Below are positions 24,196 to 36,674 of a stretch of DNA of 64,000 nucleotides, in pieces. The stretch covers positions 1,436,618-1,500,617 of the forward strand of contig NMRA01000022.1 of assembly GCA_002633005.1 (NCBI GenBank), given 5' to 3'. Source of the DNA: Phoronis australis. Lineage: Eukaryota > Animalia > Phoronida. Position 1 is the stretch's first letter; each line of letters opens with the position of its first letter. The position numbers and the translations under genes were made by a program. The notes below the pieces were generated by a model. That model was not told where the DNA came from. It saw nothing but the letters and a program-made list of their open reading frames with translations, and made no database searches.

Positions 24196-25999
24196 ATTCA
24201 AGCAAAGTAGTCTGAGAAGCGTCCACCATACGATTATAACACGCAGTAGAAAAACCTTAATTTTTAATTTACACTAATGTATGCGCGCCTGCTTATGCTC
24301 GATGGAAGTCATTTTGTGCTGCTGTCCGTTCAAAGATTCTGGTGCAGAAAAAGATGCTGTTTGGCAATGGTGCCACACTCCTGTCCGGTAGGAACGTTCA
24401 AGAATACCACGACTGTTTTCTTTCATCTTAACTTGTGCCGAATGCTCCAGAAGGGGGAGCAGAACTAAATTAATTTGGATTTTATCATGTCCAGTAATAG
24501 TTATCGACTATAATTTCGCAGAACAGCCTTCCCATTTATGAAAATAGGAAAGTGACATAGCAGGTACTTACATGTAAGAGATTACGTGATAGTTGAACTT
24601 AAGAAATTGATTAACTTGCTTATTCGATGTTTTCATGATCGAAAAACAGAAGTTCATTCCAAAGCAGTTGTTGCAGATCATTAACCCCGTAATTTGAGTA
24701 TGTGAGCTAGTGACAGAGTACTAAAGACTAAGCAAGCCTCCCTTGTCCCCTTCAAAAGTAAAAGCTAGCCTAGCAAAATTGTTGTAGCTTCATTGGAGCC
24801 CTATCTTTTGAGCATGTGTCAGCTTACCTGATTTGATTGAAGAAAAAAGTTCGAATGTCTTCGCTAGATTCACCTTGAGTGCACTCATTTTGGCAGAACT
24901 GATCCTGAACACTGTTTTGCTATGCTCCATCTTGTTTGGATGTATTCTGGACTATGGCGAGATCATACATTTTTGAAGTTGTTTCTGAATGGTAGATGTA
25001 AATGCAGACAGTGCTTATGGTGTTTTTGCAGTTATTCTGGGGGCGGCGTTTTTGATCTCATGGTGCGTTAGTTATATAGTTTATGCCGTTGTCTCGGGAT
25101 AATTCATGATTTAGTAATCCCCCTTTCGGTGGTATTGTTTCCATTGGTTGTTCTACGTTGGACTACTGTCTGGGCAAATCAGATTTCAAGTATTTCCCGG
25201 AGTACTTAAACTTCCGTACAATCACCAGGTGGTTATTCTCTCCTGGGTTTTCATAAGCACGTGTGTAGATTACCGGGCAGTGTTTTTTGAGGCAAACGCT
25301 GTAAGTATGCATTTGGTTACCGTTTCATGTAGATTGAATTATTGTTTTTGTTGACATAGATTTGCTAGTAGACATCAGTTATACATTGCGTACAAGGTGT
25401 AAAGATATCGTAATGGTATAGTTTAGTCAGCTGACTGTTTTTGTAACGTTTCAGATAACCGATACGATACGATACGATGCGATATAATCACCGATGCAAC
25501 GATAAACGAAGAACGGTGAAAAATATATTTATCGAGTTATAGACGCCCCATTTTTACTTATTGCAGCAACGTTCAGAGCAGCAATAGTGGTGTATTTTAT
25601 TGAGAGTAAATAGTGTCACAACAGTATTCATGATATTTGGCATACCTCACAAGCTACAACCTCATGAAAGCGAAATGGCACTTTTGTTCTAAAATACGCA
25701 ACTGCACTAGAGCTATTTTTTGTGAATTGATATCTGTATGACAATTCTGTAAAACATTTTAAGTTTGAAGAGTCTTTAAAACTCACATCTGCATCTAAGT
25801 AATGATTAGCATACGACTTACTGAACAGCTTCATCAGTGTACTAGTAAGGGTCCCTACCGGTTGATTTGAAAAATAATCATGAGGTCGGCCCGGTGTTCC
25901 CCTGTTTCTATGATCCCCCGTTTCAATGTTCCTCAAGCAATGTTCCATCGTCTGTTCCTCCGTCTGTTTGTTCTTTCGACCCTATGCTCCTCCGTCCTG

Positions 26000-27240
26000 A
26001 TGTTTCCCCTGCCAGTGTTACCTAAACACCCAACCTACCGGGCTTATTTAGTCACTTTAAACAAAATACAAAAACAGTAACGCACATAAAATTTGATATG
26101 TAGCTCAAAATTAAGATATTAAGTGAACAGAAATTTTTTTCATCCATAAAAGCACCTTCTAAATACCTAGCCAGATCCTTACAAAAACTATTACAAGGTT
26201 TGTCTTCAGAACTGCAGAACAGGTCAAAATCTGGGAGAGTAAGTGTGATTTTGTCAAATAACAAAACTCTAAATTTTCGTAAAAAGGACAATGGAATAGA
26301 AAATGAAATGCATCCTAAAATTACAAAGCAAACAAAGGGACATTACGACTTTTACGCGTAGGATTCTAATTCTTGTGGGATAGGATAGGCCTCTTGAAGT
26401 CACTACTGAGCTTTAAACAAACCCATAAAACAACAAAATCTGGCGGTTTTTTGTGAACATATTACAATTCTCGCAGTTGGCTGCTAGACATTTGCTGAAA
26501 TCAAGCCGGTGTTTTTACCATTTAAGTATTCTTAAAATACTGTGCCATTTAAAATGACAGATTTAGCTCAGCGAAAAATCATCTGGCTGCTATTGGAGCA
26601 AGTTTGTTCGAATCCGCACTACTGATATTTTATGTAAAATTAATGATCTCACCGAGAACTCCCTTAAAATGTACACCCAGGTAGTTTATTTTATTATTTT
26701 GTCATCTTTAGCTTTTGACGTAAGCTACTGTATGTGACAAGCTAACTTTCATTCGAAGTAGCCAGCTGAGCTCATATATGATTATACATACAAAATTCTG
26801 GGCTGATAACCTGGTCCTGTTCATAGAGCATTACATCATTCATTTAATTAAGCCTTTCTAGTTTCGAACTTATGTCGATGATATCACAGTCGGTGAGTTA
26901 AAACATTGTACCAAATTCTGTGCTTTTGGCTTGAAGTTGAAGATTTTCTAACAATTAGACTTAGCCTGATTTGTTGAAATAGGCTAAGCGTCCCAAAGAC
27001 AGATTTCAGGCAAAAGTTAAAAGGCAATAAATTATTCAAGAAAGGGCCCCCTGATGGCTGCAGGTTAAGTCACTCAAAAGCCACTCAAACTTACCTAAAA
27101 ATTAAAGATTTTCACGACAACAGCCAATTGGTACCCCAGATTGTATTTTTGTTCTATAATTTAAGCAAGCGTAATCAAGGTCACATGCCCAATCTCTAAC
27201 ATTCTTGAATCCAGTACTGTGCTTGACACCTGTTGACAAA
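26000..27240 (-). repeat. Interspersed repeat (family B), with other copies at about 45155-45530 (+) and 62215-63140 (+)
   Basis: ccagtactgtgcttgacacctgttgaca matches 45157-45188 inverted. cagatttagctcagcgaaaaatcatctggctgctattggagc matches about 62415-62455 inverted. Confidence 0.75.
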
Positions 27241-27254
27241 AGCGGTTCTAATCG

Positions 27255-27380
27255 AGGGGGCCTCGCCGGAAGGCGGCCAGAGAGCGGGGACCCCCATATT
27301 AATATAGAGGCCGCGCAGGAAGGCGGCCTAAGAGCGAGGCTCCTATATTAATATAGAGGGCTTCGCTCAACGGCCGCCTC
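27255..27380. repeat. Short GC-rich tandem repeat (~52-bp unit, about 2 copies)
   Basis: ggaaggcggcc..agagcg.gg..cc.atattaatatagagg occurs twice in tandem. Confidence 0.7.
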
Positions 27381-29374
27381 TGTTCGTCACAAAATAGCTC
27401 TTTAGAGCTAATGTTGATTGTGTGTGAAATCTGACTGTAAATGAATTCTCTTTCCATCCTTTATAACATAGCTCTAGTTCTTTCCTGGTGTAGATGTAAC
27501 AGTGCTGTCGACCAGTATTCATTCTCATTGGCGAAGAATCTGACTCTTCAGTTTCCCGGATGTTGGAAAGTAAGTCACAATTACATCGCATTGGATGGAT
27601 TCACATAATAATATTTTTAGCTTCTTGTTGTTAATAAATACAGTAGATCAGATATGGTATTCCGGAAGTAACTAAACCAGGAATTACGACTACAGCTTCT
27701 AAAATGCAGACCTGACACCGTTCAATGATATTGTTTTCAGACGGATTGCAAGCATTGGTTTGATTACAAATGGCTTTTCAGTAACCTAAGTTAGTTTCAC
27801 ATTTTTGTTCGAGGTGCCTCTGCTCACACACCCAAAACGGAAAATCTAATTGAGCGACCCTCATTTTATGCAGATTTGTAGTAGGCAAAGAGCAAAATAC
27901 AAAATTCAAGATTTAAAAACTTCATCGAAAAATTAAAACTGTGGACCACCTTTAAAATAGTGCCAATTAACAACCTACAGATCAATCATCTGGACGTTTT
28001 CAAGCGTTTTTTCCTACCATCAGTTGGTACAAAGTCAAAGCTCGTGACTTGCTAAAACATGCTGAATTGGGCATCACAAAGAGAACACAAACAATAAGAC
28101 CGTAACACAGACATTGGTTAAAGTAAATAATGAATAATGACATATAACACACTGCGAAATGAAAATAAAAGTAGTGAGCATGCAAGCAGTTGTTTTAGAA
28201 GATATATCTACATGTAGCTAAAGGCAAAGACTTGCTATAAGGTTTGCCTAATTTTCATACAATAAGTAAAAACAAGGTCTAAAGAAGGCAGGACGTACAA
28301 AATCTTTTTTAAATTTTAACTCTAGTTCGTGGATTCGATCAAATTTAAGAAGCAATGAAAAACGCCTGTGAATTTTGAAAACAAACTCTAAGCAAACACT
28401 AATTTGTGGCAATTTCATAAAACACAATTCCTCATTCTTCAGGTTAAATCCAATGAAAGCAGCTCCATGACTTGTGGAAAATGTATGGTAGTTCCAAATA
28501 CGTCATAGATAATTGATGGTGTACATCATCAGACCCTGTCACTTGTAATATTTAAACCAGTCTTGGTTCATGTCTTGTTCTAGTTTCTCGTTAAACCTCA
28601 GATTGCTATCATGGACACACCTGGTCCTTTGAAGCATAGACCCTTCTATCTGCATTGCATTGTAAGGTGTATACTTTGTTTACTTGGCTACCTCACATAA
28701 AATAATCACACAACTGAAGAGTTCTGTGAACCGTCACTCAACCTTCAGTTCACAGGACAAGAAAAGTTTAAAGTCTTAAAGACTTATAAGCCTTGAAACT
28801 CAACCATCAACTGAAAGAAATGATTATTAATTTTAAAACGGATTGATGGATAGTAGGATTCAGGAAAGAAGAACTTCATACCAAAACAATATTGTGGACC
28901 AAAGACGTGAGTAGGGCCAAAATGCTCTATATTTTGGTGTAGATGACCAGTGATATCGCCCATAGAAAGCAGAGGATAACATGGATCATTTTAAATAAAC
29001 ATGCGCATGGTTCAATTTACCCACAAGACCTCTAATCTATGAGTCAACTTAGAGAACCTATGGGACCATCATGCAAAGTCGACACAAATTCAATGTGCCA
29101 GGCAGTAGAATTTACTTAAACCTCCCTAGCTAATTGCATGAAAATGAACTGGGGAAACCGACAGAATTCTTCGTTAGAGCTATGAAAGGTGAAAGAAACT
29201 GGACTTGCCTGTCGTTTTTAACAAATTGTTTTACTCGATTTTCTACAAGCATTAACAAAATATAATCTTATGGGCCCCACTTGTACATGTAAGACGCAAG
29301 CACAAACATGCGGCATATATAATGTCCTTCACTTAAAAATGGGTGACTGTCTTTTTCGTTACAGTTTCAGCCCA

Positions 29375-29465
29375 CATGCCTTGTAGGCTCATGCACCAGT
29401 GGCCCACGTGGCTAGTATGCTCATGCATCAGAGGCGCACGTGCTTAGTAGTCTCATGCACCAGAT
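29375..29465. repeat. ~31-bp minisatellite, 3 copies
   Basis: gcccac.tg...gta..ctcatgcaccag is repeated three times. Confidence 0.75.
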
Positions 29466-29511
29466 GCGAAGAAAAATAACGCCCTTTATGTGCACAAATT
29501 TAATTAACTGG

Positions 29512-29802
29512 TATGGGGAACATCGGGGCGTGGAGAACCTGAAATAGGAGAGCATAGGAACGGGGGCTCATCGGGACGGAAGAGCATAAGGCCGGGAGAA
29601 CATCGGAAGAAGAGAACATAGGGTATAGGGTCGGAAGAACATCGGGACGGGGGAAAATAGGGCGGAGTAACATAAGACCGAGAGAACATTGAACCGGGGG
29701 GGACACCAGGACGAGAGAACGTGGGGACGAGGGAACATCGAGATGGAGGAACATAGGGTCGAGAGAACAAAGGAACAGAGGAACATGGGAAAGCAGGAAC
29801 AC
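29512..29802. repeat. Degenerate ~16-bp minisatellite (gaacataggg / gaacatcggg motif), with a partial inverted copy at about 25890-26010
   Basis: Periodic gaacat(a/c)ggg units explain the low-complexity ORFs on the minus strand. Confidence 0.75.
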
Positions 29803-29829
29803 ACAGGTTAACACACTTACACATCGAGA

Positions 29830-30295
29830 TTTCAAAATGTGTAGTAATTGACATCTAATTGTTAAAGTTGCATTTACTTGAAATTCTCTGGTTAGAAATG
29901 GCTATCCTAAACTATTTTTCAAGTCCTGTGTTGATAGATTCTTACGCAATAGGAATGTCCTTAGACCTGTTACTGAAAACCCTGATCACCAAAAACTGCT
30001 TTTGAATCTACCTTACTTGGGTGACAATAGTACCGTTTTGAATAAACAGGTGGGCAGAGTGCTTAACGTCATTGCACCTCGTGATCAATTGTTAACAATA
30101 CTCAAACCTAATAACAAACTTGATTGACTATCTAAACTTACATTACCGTTGTCTATTTTTCAAAAAGTCAGGTAGTGTGCCAGAACAAGTGCAATGATTG
30201 TGAACATTTTTACATTGGTATGGCAAACAGAATTTTGCGTAATGAGAGTGAAATAACATTCTGAGGATAACCATAGTGCTGTCCTAAATCATTAA
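29830..30295 (+). pseudogene. Penelope-like retroelement fragment (linker + GIY-YIG endonuclease)
   Basis: Broken translation gives LVRNGYP, LPYLGD and CNDCEHFYIGM.NR.L, a motif order typical of the Penelope C-terminus. Confidence 0.65.
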
Positions 30296-30421
30296 TTATC
30301 CCACATACGTACGAATACTACTGCCATTATCTTATCTCGAATTCATTTCATCTGGGAATGTCCCAGATGAAATGAATTCGAGATAGGACATCGCAGTAGT
30401 ATTCCTATGTATGTGTGATAA
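30296..30421. repeat. 126-bp fold-back inverted repeat
   Basis: A perfect 25-bp stem tatctcgaattcatttcatctggga / tcccagatgaaatgaattcgagata with a 3-nt loop, extended by imperfect outer arms. Confidence 0.9.
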
Positions 30422-31516
30422 CTTATTTATTCCATATATATGGCCTCATTCGCATCATCTTTGCTACTATTTTGGCCAAAAAGCAACTTCCAAGTATATC
30501 ACACCTAGAAGTCTTTACTGTGTTGGCACGCTACTTCTGTCCGGCATGCATGCTAAGTCAACTCATAAATGGTGCTGCTGATCAAGGCCTCATTTCCTTT
30601 GATAAATCTGTTTTGTTTACTTGTCAAGATAATTTTAATTTGAAAATGCCCCAAAGAAGATTCACTAAAATTACTCAAATTAAAGCACATACATACCACT
30701 TTCAAAACATTTATGGCAGACAGCTATTTAAGGGCAAATTGTAGTCACAGAACCATACACATGCAATTTTTAAAGTCTTAAAATTAGATCATTTTTATGT
30801 GTAGCATTTTTACTGATGAATATATTTCATTAACATTGGTATCTATCAGATTTTTTCCAGACTTTACACTGTTGATGGCGTGTCAAAAGTGACTTTTTTA
30901 AAATCTAGGTGGTGATGTTGGTTTCCGGTCACTTGGACCACTGTAGCCAGTGTTATGTGGCGTCATCTTATCCCCATGGATTATCTCCTCATACAGCCGA
31001 CGTTTGGAGAGATGTACAAGTGTAAGGTATATGCGGAGTCCAAAGACATTCTCATATCAGGACATACAAGTATTGAAACTTTGACGTTCATCTTGGCTCT
31101 TCTGTTGTCGATAATATATTAAAAGGCTGGCTTTTTATTCACAAATTTATTTTATGATATCGTTTCACTTTTACGGTAAGCTGTACTAAAGTCTTAGTAT
31201 TTCCACATTTAATTTGGTACATGTATTTAAGTACCATTTCGATGTAATTTGTGCCATGTGTGCACGAAAATCTCAGTACTGACCAATTTTATTATGGACC
31301 AATCTCCATTTGAACCAATCTCAGGACAGACGCTATGGTCACCATATCCAATTACCATGCACCGACTCTAGAGATCTATGGAAATGACAGTGCCTATTAT
31401 TTAAACATCAGGGCAAGGTCCCGTGATTTATGTGCCCGTTTTCACATTCAGAAAGTTTGGGAAGATCGCCGACTAGTGGTTAGTTGCTCTTGGGAAACTA
31501 CATGTAACTTGAATGA

Positions 31517-34454
31517 TGAAATAAATAAGGCAGTTCAAGATTTTAAAACCAAAGCCAAACGGGCCACGAGTGAACGCTGGGAGATGTTTTTCAACAACGC
31601 TCGAAATGATCGCACTCTTGGGGAGTTTTGGCGCCTCCACAAATGTATGAATAAAAGAGAATCTGCCACAACCAACAGGCCCATCAAACTAGCCGACGGA
31701 ACACTGCTAAAAGCACCCTCCTGCCTATTTAAGCCGATACCTTGAACAGACTGACCGGAAAAATCTTGAGGAAAGAGTCAAAGTGAAAGACAAAATGCAT
31801 AGCATCAACAGTGGCACGGCTTGCCCCATCACTTTTACTGTTGAAGATATCAAATCTACACTGTCAAGATCAAAGAACACGGCAGCAGGACCTGATCAAA
31901 TCGATTACAACATGCTAAGCAGTCTGTCTGACCAGGAGCTACAAGAGTTGGCCAACATGTACAATGAGCGCCTAAGCATGGGAGAGGTTCATAGTTAGCT
32001 TTGCGGTGATACCAAAACCAGGCAAGGATCACACGAAGCTAAATGGTTATAGAGTGATCACTATGCAAAATACCGTTGGCAAACTGATGGAGAAAACGGT
32101 GGCACAGATCATTGCATACAATCTTGAGGTCTTGAGGGTATTACCTGCAATTCTTGGTAGCTACAGAAGAGGACAAGATACATGGGCAAACGACGCAATT
32201 TTTGCCCAGGACACTTATGGGGCATTTCAGAGGAAGGAGGAAACTATAGCAGTGGCAATTGATCTTGAGGACGCCTATAACGGGGTATCATACGAAAAAC
32301 TGATGAACCTGCTGGTCGATTGTCAGCTGGATCTGCATCTCATTAACTAGGTGGCAAGCGCACTAATGAAACGCACGGTTGCGCTACGACTAGAGCAGTG
32401 GGTGTCGAATCCAGATACAATAACTCCTGGGCCCGGTCTCCAATCTTTTTACTCGAAATGGAACTCGAAATTAGGTTTGGAATTTTCTACTCTACTTTTG
32501 GGCGAAATCAAGATACGTGTCTATTATTCTATGCTCGAGTACACAATAACTTACGTAGATAATTTATTGCCCTTAGTTCACAGTTTGTAAACCCAATATT
32601 AAAGCAATATGTTCGAGTTTGAACTCGAAATTTCGAGTTTTTACTCGAGTTTGTAGCACAAATATAAGGGTCTTCAAGGGCAAACTTGAACTAGAAACTC
32701 CTATGCATAAACTGTAATGTATTCGAGCACAGTCTGATAACCAATTATCTTAAGTTCGCACAAAAGGAGTAGAGAAATTGCCAGAAATAGTTTCGAGTTC
32801 GTTTCGAGTACAAAGATTAGAGACCGGGCCCTGGACTTCCACAAGGATCACCACTGTCACCAGTAATGTACAACATCTGCAAGAGTCGGCTTGTGAATAT
32901 GACTATATCGGGGGGAAGAATACTAACTTTCGCAGATGATGCTCTTATATATACAGCAGGCACCAACAGAGATGACATGGTTAAGGTTGCAGGAAGGGCT
33001 CTGGAGGAGGTCAATGAATGGTGTGATGAATACAATGCAGTTGTGAACCCCGCTAAGGCAGCAGCGCTCTGGTGTTCTCTGGATAACCACATATTACGCA
33101 CAGATCTGACACAAGTGAGAATAGGGAGACAGGAAGTGGAAAGAGTACCTAAACTTAAGTACCTGGGGATAACGTTTGACAGAACGCTGAGTTACAAAGA
33201 GCATGTGAACCACCTAATTAAGCGATGGGAACATGGACTAGCTGCATTAAAGACCATGGCTACCTGTAGAGTAGAACAACGACAGCAATTGATTTTCTTC
33301 AAGGCGGTAATATTGTCAGTCATTGATTACGGTTTGGGCATCATCACAGCACCCAAACACAAATGATGAAATTAGAGAGGATACAGAACACTAGGATGCG
33401 AATTATCCTTGGATGTACTCAGGACACCCCAATAGCAGCAATGAGATACATTCTGGGGCTCTCGAGTGTTGAACAAAGGCACAGACTACCCCAGGTGAAA
33501 GCAATGTTCCGGGTGGCTAAAAACGTGAAAGATCCCTTGTATGATCAGCTGGCTCTACCCAAAGGCACCAGATTAAAGCGTGGCAAATCATGGTTGGAAG
33601 CAGCGGGAACCACAGTAGGAAGAGTTTGTGAGCTGGATCCGGTTCGTAGAGGAGAAGAGTATATGAAGATGGATGACAAAACAACTAGCAGATTCACCAG
33701 GGTTGTCATTACTATGGGCTGAGAATGTCGTGAGAGAGCGACTTGTGCAGTGAAGTTCTCGAGCTGATGTATGAAAATTTTTGTGAGTGAGATGCTGTGG
33801 TGTACACTAATGGATCGGTTAAAAGAGGAGAAAGGTCTCTGGATGGGGCTATGTAGTCAATGTGGATGGCAAAATAGTAGCGGAAAACGGTGAGGCATAT
33901 AAGCTCACGACATCTAGTATGAAGATGGAGGAGGTTGCTGATGAAAAGGCACTTGCATGGCTACAGTGAAGCACTCATACCTGCGCAGTTATTTGACAGA
34001 CTCTCAGAGCATGTTGAAAAAAATGGAAAAGGATGTATCAAACCCGAGTGGCTGCTGCATTTACAAACCAGTGGACTGAGAAAAGTGGACTTAGATATTC
34101 TCCCCTGGGCATGCCGAGGTCGCCGGAAATGAGAAAGCTGACAAGTTAGCGATGGGAATGCACCAATACAAGGCGCCCTCAGATTGGGAGAGAGTGAGAT
34201 TCTCGGAGCGCTTAGAGAGGTGGAGCCACAGGAGAATGGGGATGCAATTGACATAATGCAGCTGTTTGGATATGAGAGAGGCTGCGGTGTTGATAGCCGG
34301 TTGCATGGACTGGCAAGACGACTGTATAATCAGCAGTTGGTTGGAGTGGTTAGGCAAAGGACCTTGTCTGACTTGATGACGTTGAAAGCCGAGCATCTAT
34401 GGGTCTGCCCCGAGTGTGACGACGCTGGTTCTGCACCCAAGTAATACCCAAGTA
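31517..34454 (+). mobile_element. 5'-truncated, decayed non-LTR retrotransposon with RT + RNase H + C-terminal Cys/His motif (I-group, Ingi/Nimb-like)
   Basis: RT motifs AAGPDQI, IPKPGKD...YRVI, AVAIDLEDAY, GLPQGSPLSP, FADD and KYLGITFD. RNase H-like remnants lie at about 33800-34150, followed by EHLWVCPEC. The tail is acccaagtaat-acccaagta. An 11-bp TSD aacttgaatga sits at 31506-31516 and 34455-34465, and the empty site is present in the paralog at 4794-4804. Confidence 0.9.
32430..32830. mobile_element. 401-bp MITE, PIF/Harbinger-like, nested in the LINE RT
   Basis: About 40-bp imperfect TIRs (ggcccggtctc.aatcttt.tactcgaaa...) and a 3-bp CTG TSD within CCTGG. Removing it restores TITPG-LPQGSP. 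Confidence 0.85.
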
Positions 34455-35553
34455 AACTTGAATGACAAGACGTCGCAATTTGAAAGGTATGTAGAACAAA
34501 CTTTCGGTGAAAACAACTACAGTAGAGTGCCATCTGTCTTAATGAGGGGTTAGATGCAATCCATAGAGGGCGATATAAGTAAGCCAACGCTGAAACGAAC
34601 AAGACGACAAATCGAGAGACTCAGCGAACTTAGTCATGTGTCATTAAAACGACGCTAGATAAATCTTTGTTTTATACATAACGTCCAATGTGATATTGAC
34701 TATTTGCCTGAGAGTTGTTTTGCAAAGTTATTTTACCTACGGAGTTGTTGTAATTCGATACATATTCGAAAAAAAATATTTGGTAAGTCAATTTTAAGCT
34801 GAATGGCACATGTAATCAAGCCATCAATAACTCGCTCGACTGTGTAAACTGTTTCTGTTTAAGGTATGATCAATAGCTCCACGAGTTAATCTTGACAAAC
34901 AGACAATCCTCCCTGTGTGAATCCTGTATACCCGGTATACAGGAAATGTTGGTGAAATGCCATAACTTTATACAAGACAGTATCAATGTGGTAACTTAGT
35001 CGTGTAGATTGGACATTAAAAGTGGGTTTGCACATATACTATGTTGAAAAAGGCTTGGTGCGGGAATAGAGGACAGATATTCCACCATACATAGGAGTGT
35101 TTGAAACTCATGAGTTACTGCATAAATCCCTTTCGGTCTGTGTGTTCCCAGATTGGTATTGGAAACACGTTCCGCATGTGCGTAATGCGCTATTCTCTAT
35201 TTCATTTTCCAACAAAAAGTTCACTTGTGCATCACATAATCTCTTTACACCTCCAAATAATGATAGGGTTGTGACTTTCGCCAGATGTGTTTGACTGTTA
35301 AAATTATTATCATATTATGTTTTGTAGGTAAACAGTGATCAATTACTACTTAATGCAGGTCCAGATAATTAAAATGCACTTAAGAACAAAACACAGGCTA
35401 CGCCTTTGAAACGTATGCATAAAACATTCTGGTGTTTGCTATTGCATTTAAAGGAATCGATAGAAGTGAGACAGTTATTACGAAAACATTAGAATTCGTT
35501 CATACTTGCCGGAGTGTTCTTGATTAATGCACTTTTGCTCAACTCCTCAAAGA

Positions 35554-35850
35554 ATGACCACTCTCGTTTGGGTTTCAGCGCTTTCTTTGCTTTTTCGAAT
35601 CATACCCCAGTCTCTGGGATCGGCAATTTTCACAGAATTTGACACGGAAGCGACGAGTGCAACTGGCTGTCAAGGTAACAGAACGTTCTCAGCAGTTGGC
35701 AAGTACACTGAATGTTCACACGTGTGCGCTTTAGAAAAACGTTGCGTCACTTTCCTCTTCACCAAAGAAGCCGGTGTATACAATTGTTACACATGTAGTT
35801 ACTGGAAGGAGGCGTCTTCAAGAACTGGAGAAAATACGCTAGGATGGAAG
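35554..35850 (+). CDS. Gene B exon 1: signal peptide + PAN/Apple-like domain (alternative in-frame ATG at 35527)
   Basis: Paralog of 6103-6399 with 13 of 99 aa different and all six Cys kept. Donor AAG|GTGGGT at 35851. Confidence 0.85.
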
Positions 35851-36057
35851 GTGGGTGACATTCATACGCACATGTGTATATTTGTGTAAGTATGCTTGCG
35901 TGTGTTTGTGGTTCCATGATGGCGTGTTTGTCTGCATGTGCATATGTGCATTTGCGTAAACGTATGTCAGTGCGGTTGCACGTGTGCATGAGAATGCAAA
36001 ACAAACACATGTCATGTCATATTAGATGAATCTACCTTACTTTTGTTCTTTTTTCAG

Positions 36058-36082
36058 GTATTCCAAGATTGTACCGACGCCG
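36058..36082 (+). CDS. Gene B exon 2: 25-nt micro-exon (VFQDCTDA-G)
   Basis: ttttcAG acceptor and G|GTGCGT donor, with the same phases as gene A exon 2. Confidence 0.8.
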
Positions 36083-36674
36083 GTGCGTATATTTCCACCA
36101 CAGATAATTTCCACAGACAGCATCAACATGAAATTTCCTACCTTAATTTTTTCTACGCTTTAAAGTACATGCCAATCAATCTCATACACTTTAATCAATC
36201 TTCGTTTATCCATTCTGTTCCAAAAAGAGTCAAGGGTATTTTTAGGTGAAGTTTATAGATATAAGCAAAAGAAAGACAAACAGATACGATGCGTGTCATG
36301 AAAAAATACAAAATTTGTCTTTTCTCTCAACCTCCTACCTGTGATGATCTGTACATGGTATTAGATCGCTTTTACTCGCATTACCAGAAACAAACTTAAT
36401 GAATACAAATTTGATACCCATGACGCCATGTATTATTAAAACCCTGCTCTTTTCATTAAAGGTCGTAGAACTGGCCACGACGGTGCATTATTTACTGCTT
36501 TGTGTGAAATAGTTCGTCAGAGAGCTATGTGAAAGTGTTTGTTGGCTGTAAATGCATAAAACTTGTGGCCACGTTCACGTCAGGTGCAACGGTTCCCTCT
36601 GATAAACGCTTCCTTGCAGGTACACCATGGCGGGCCTAAGAACTTTTTAACTACGGTCAGTCGTACGACATTAA

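Noticed and set aside
24850-25150. Possible further Penelope-like fragment on the minus strand (NYPE, LHLPF-like words)
   Set aside because: The motifs are too short and degraded to support a call by eye.
29500-29854. Three overlapping Pro/Ser-rich ORFs
   Set aside because: They arise from a stop-poor minisatellite.
31335-31745. 136-aa ORF as a gene or host-LINE fusion
   Set aside because: It is a chance read-through from non-coding upstream DNA (not open in the paralog) across the TSD into the truncated LINE ORF2.
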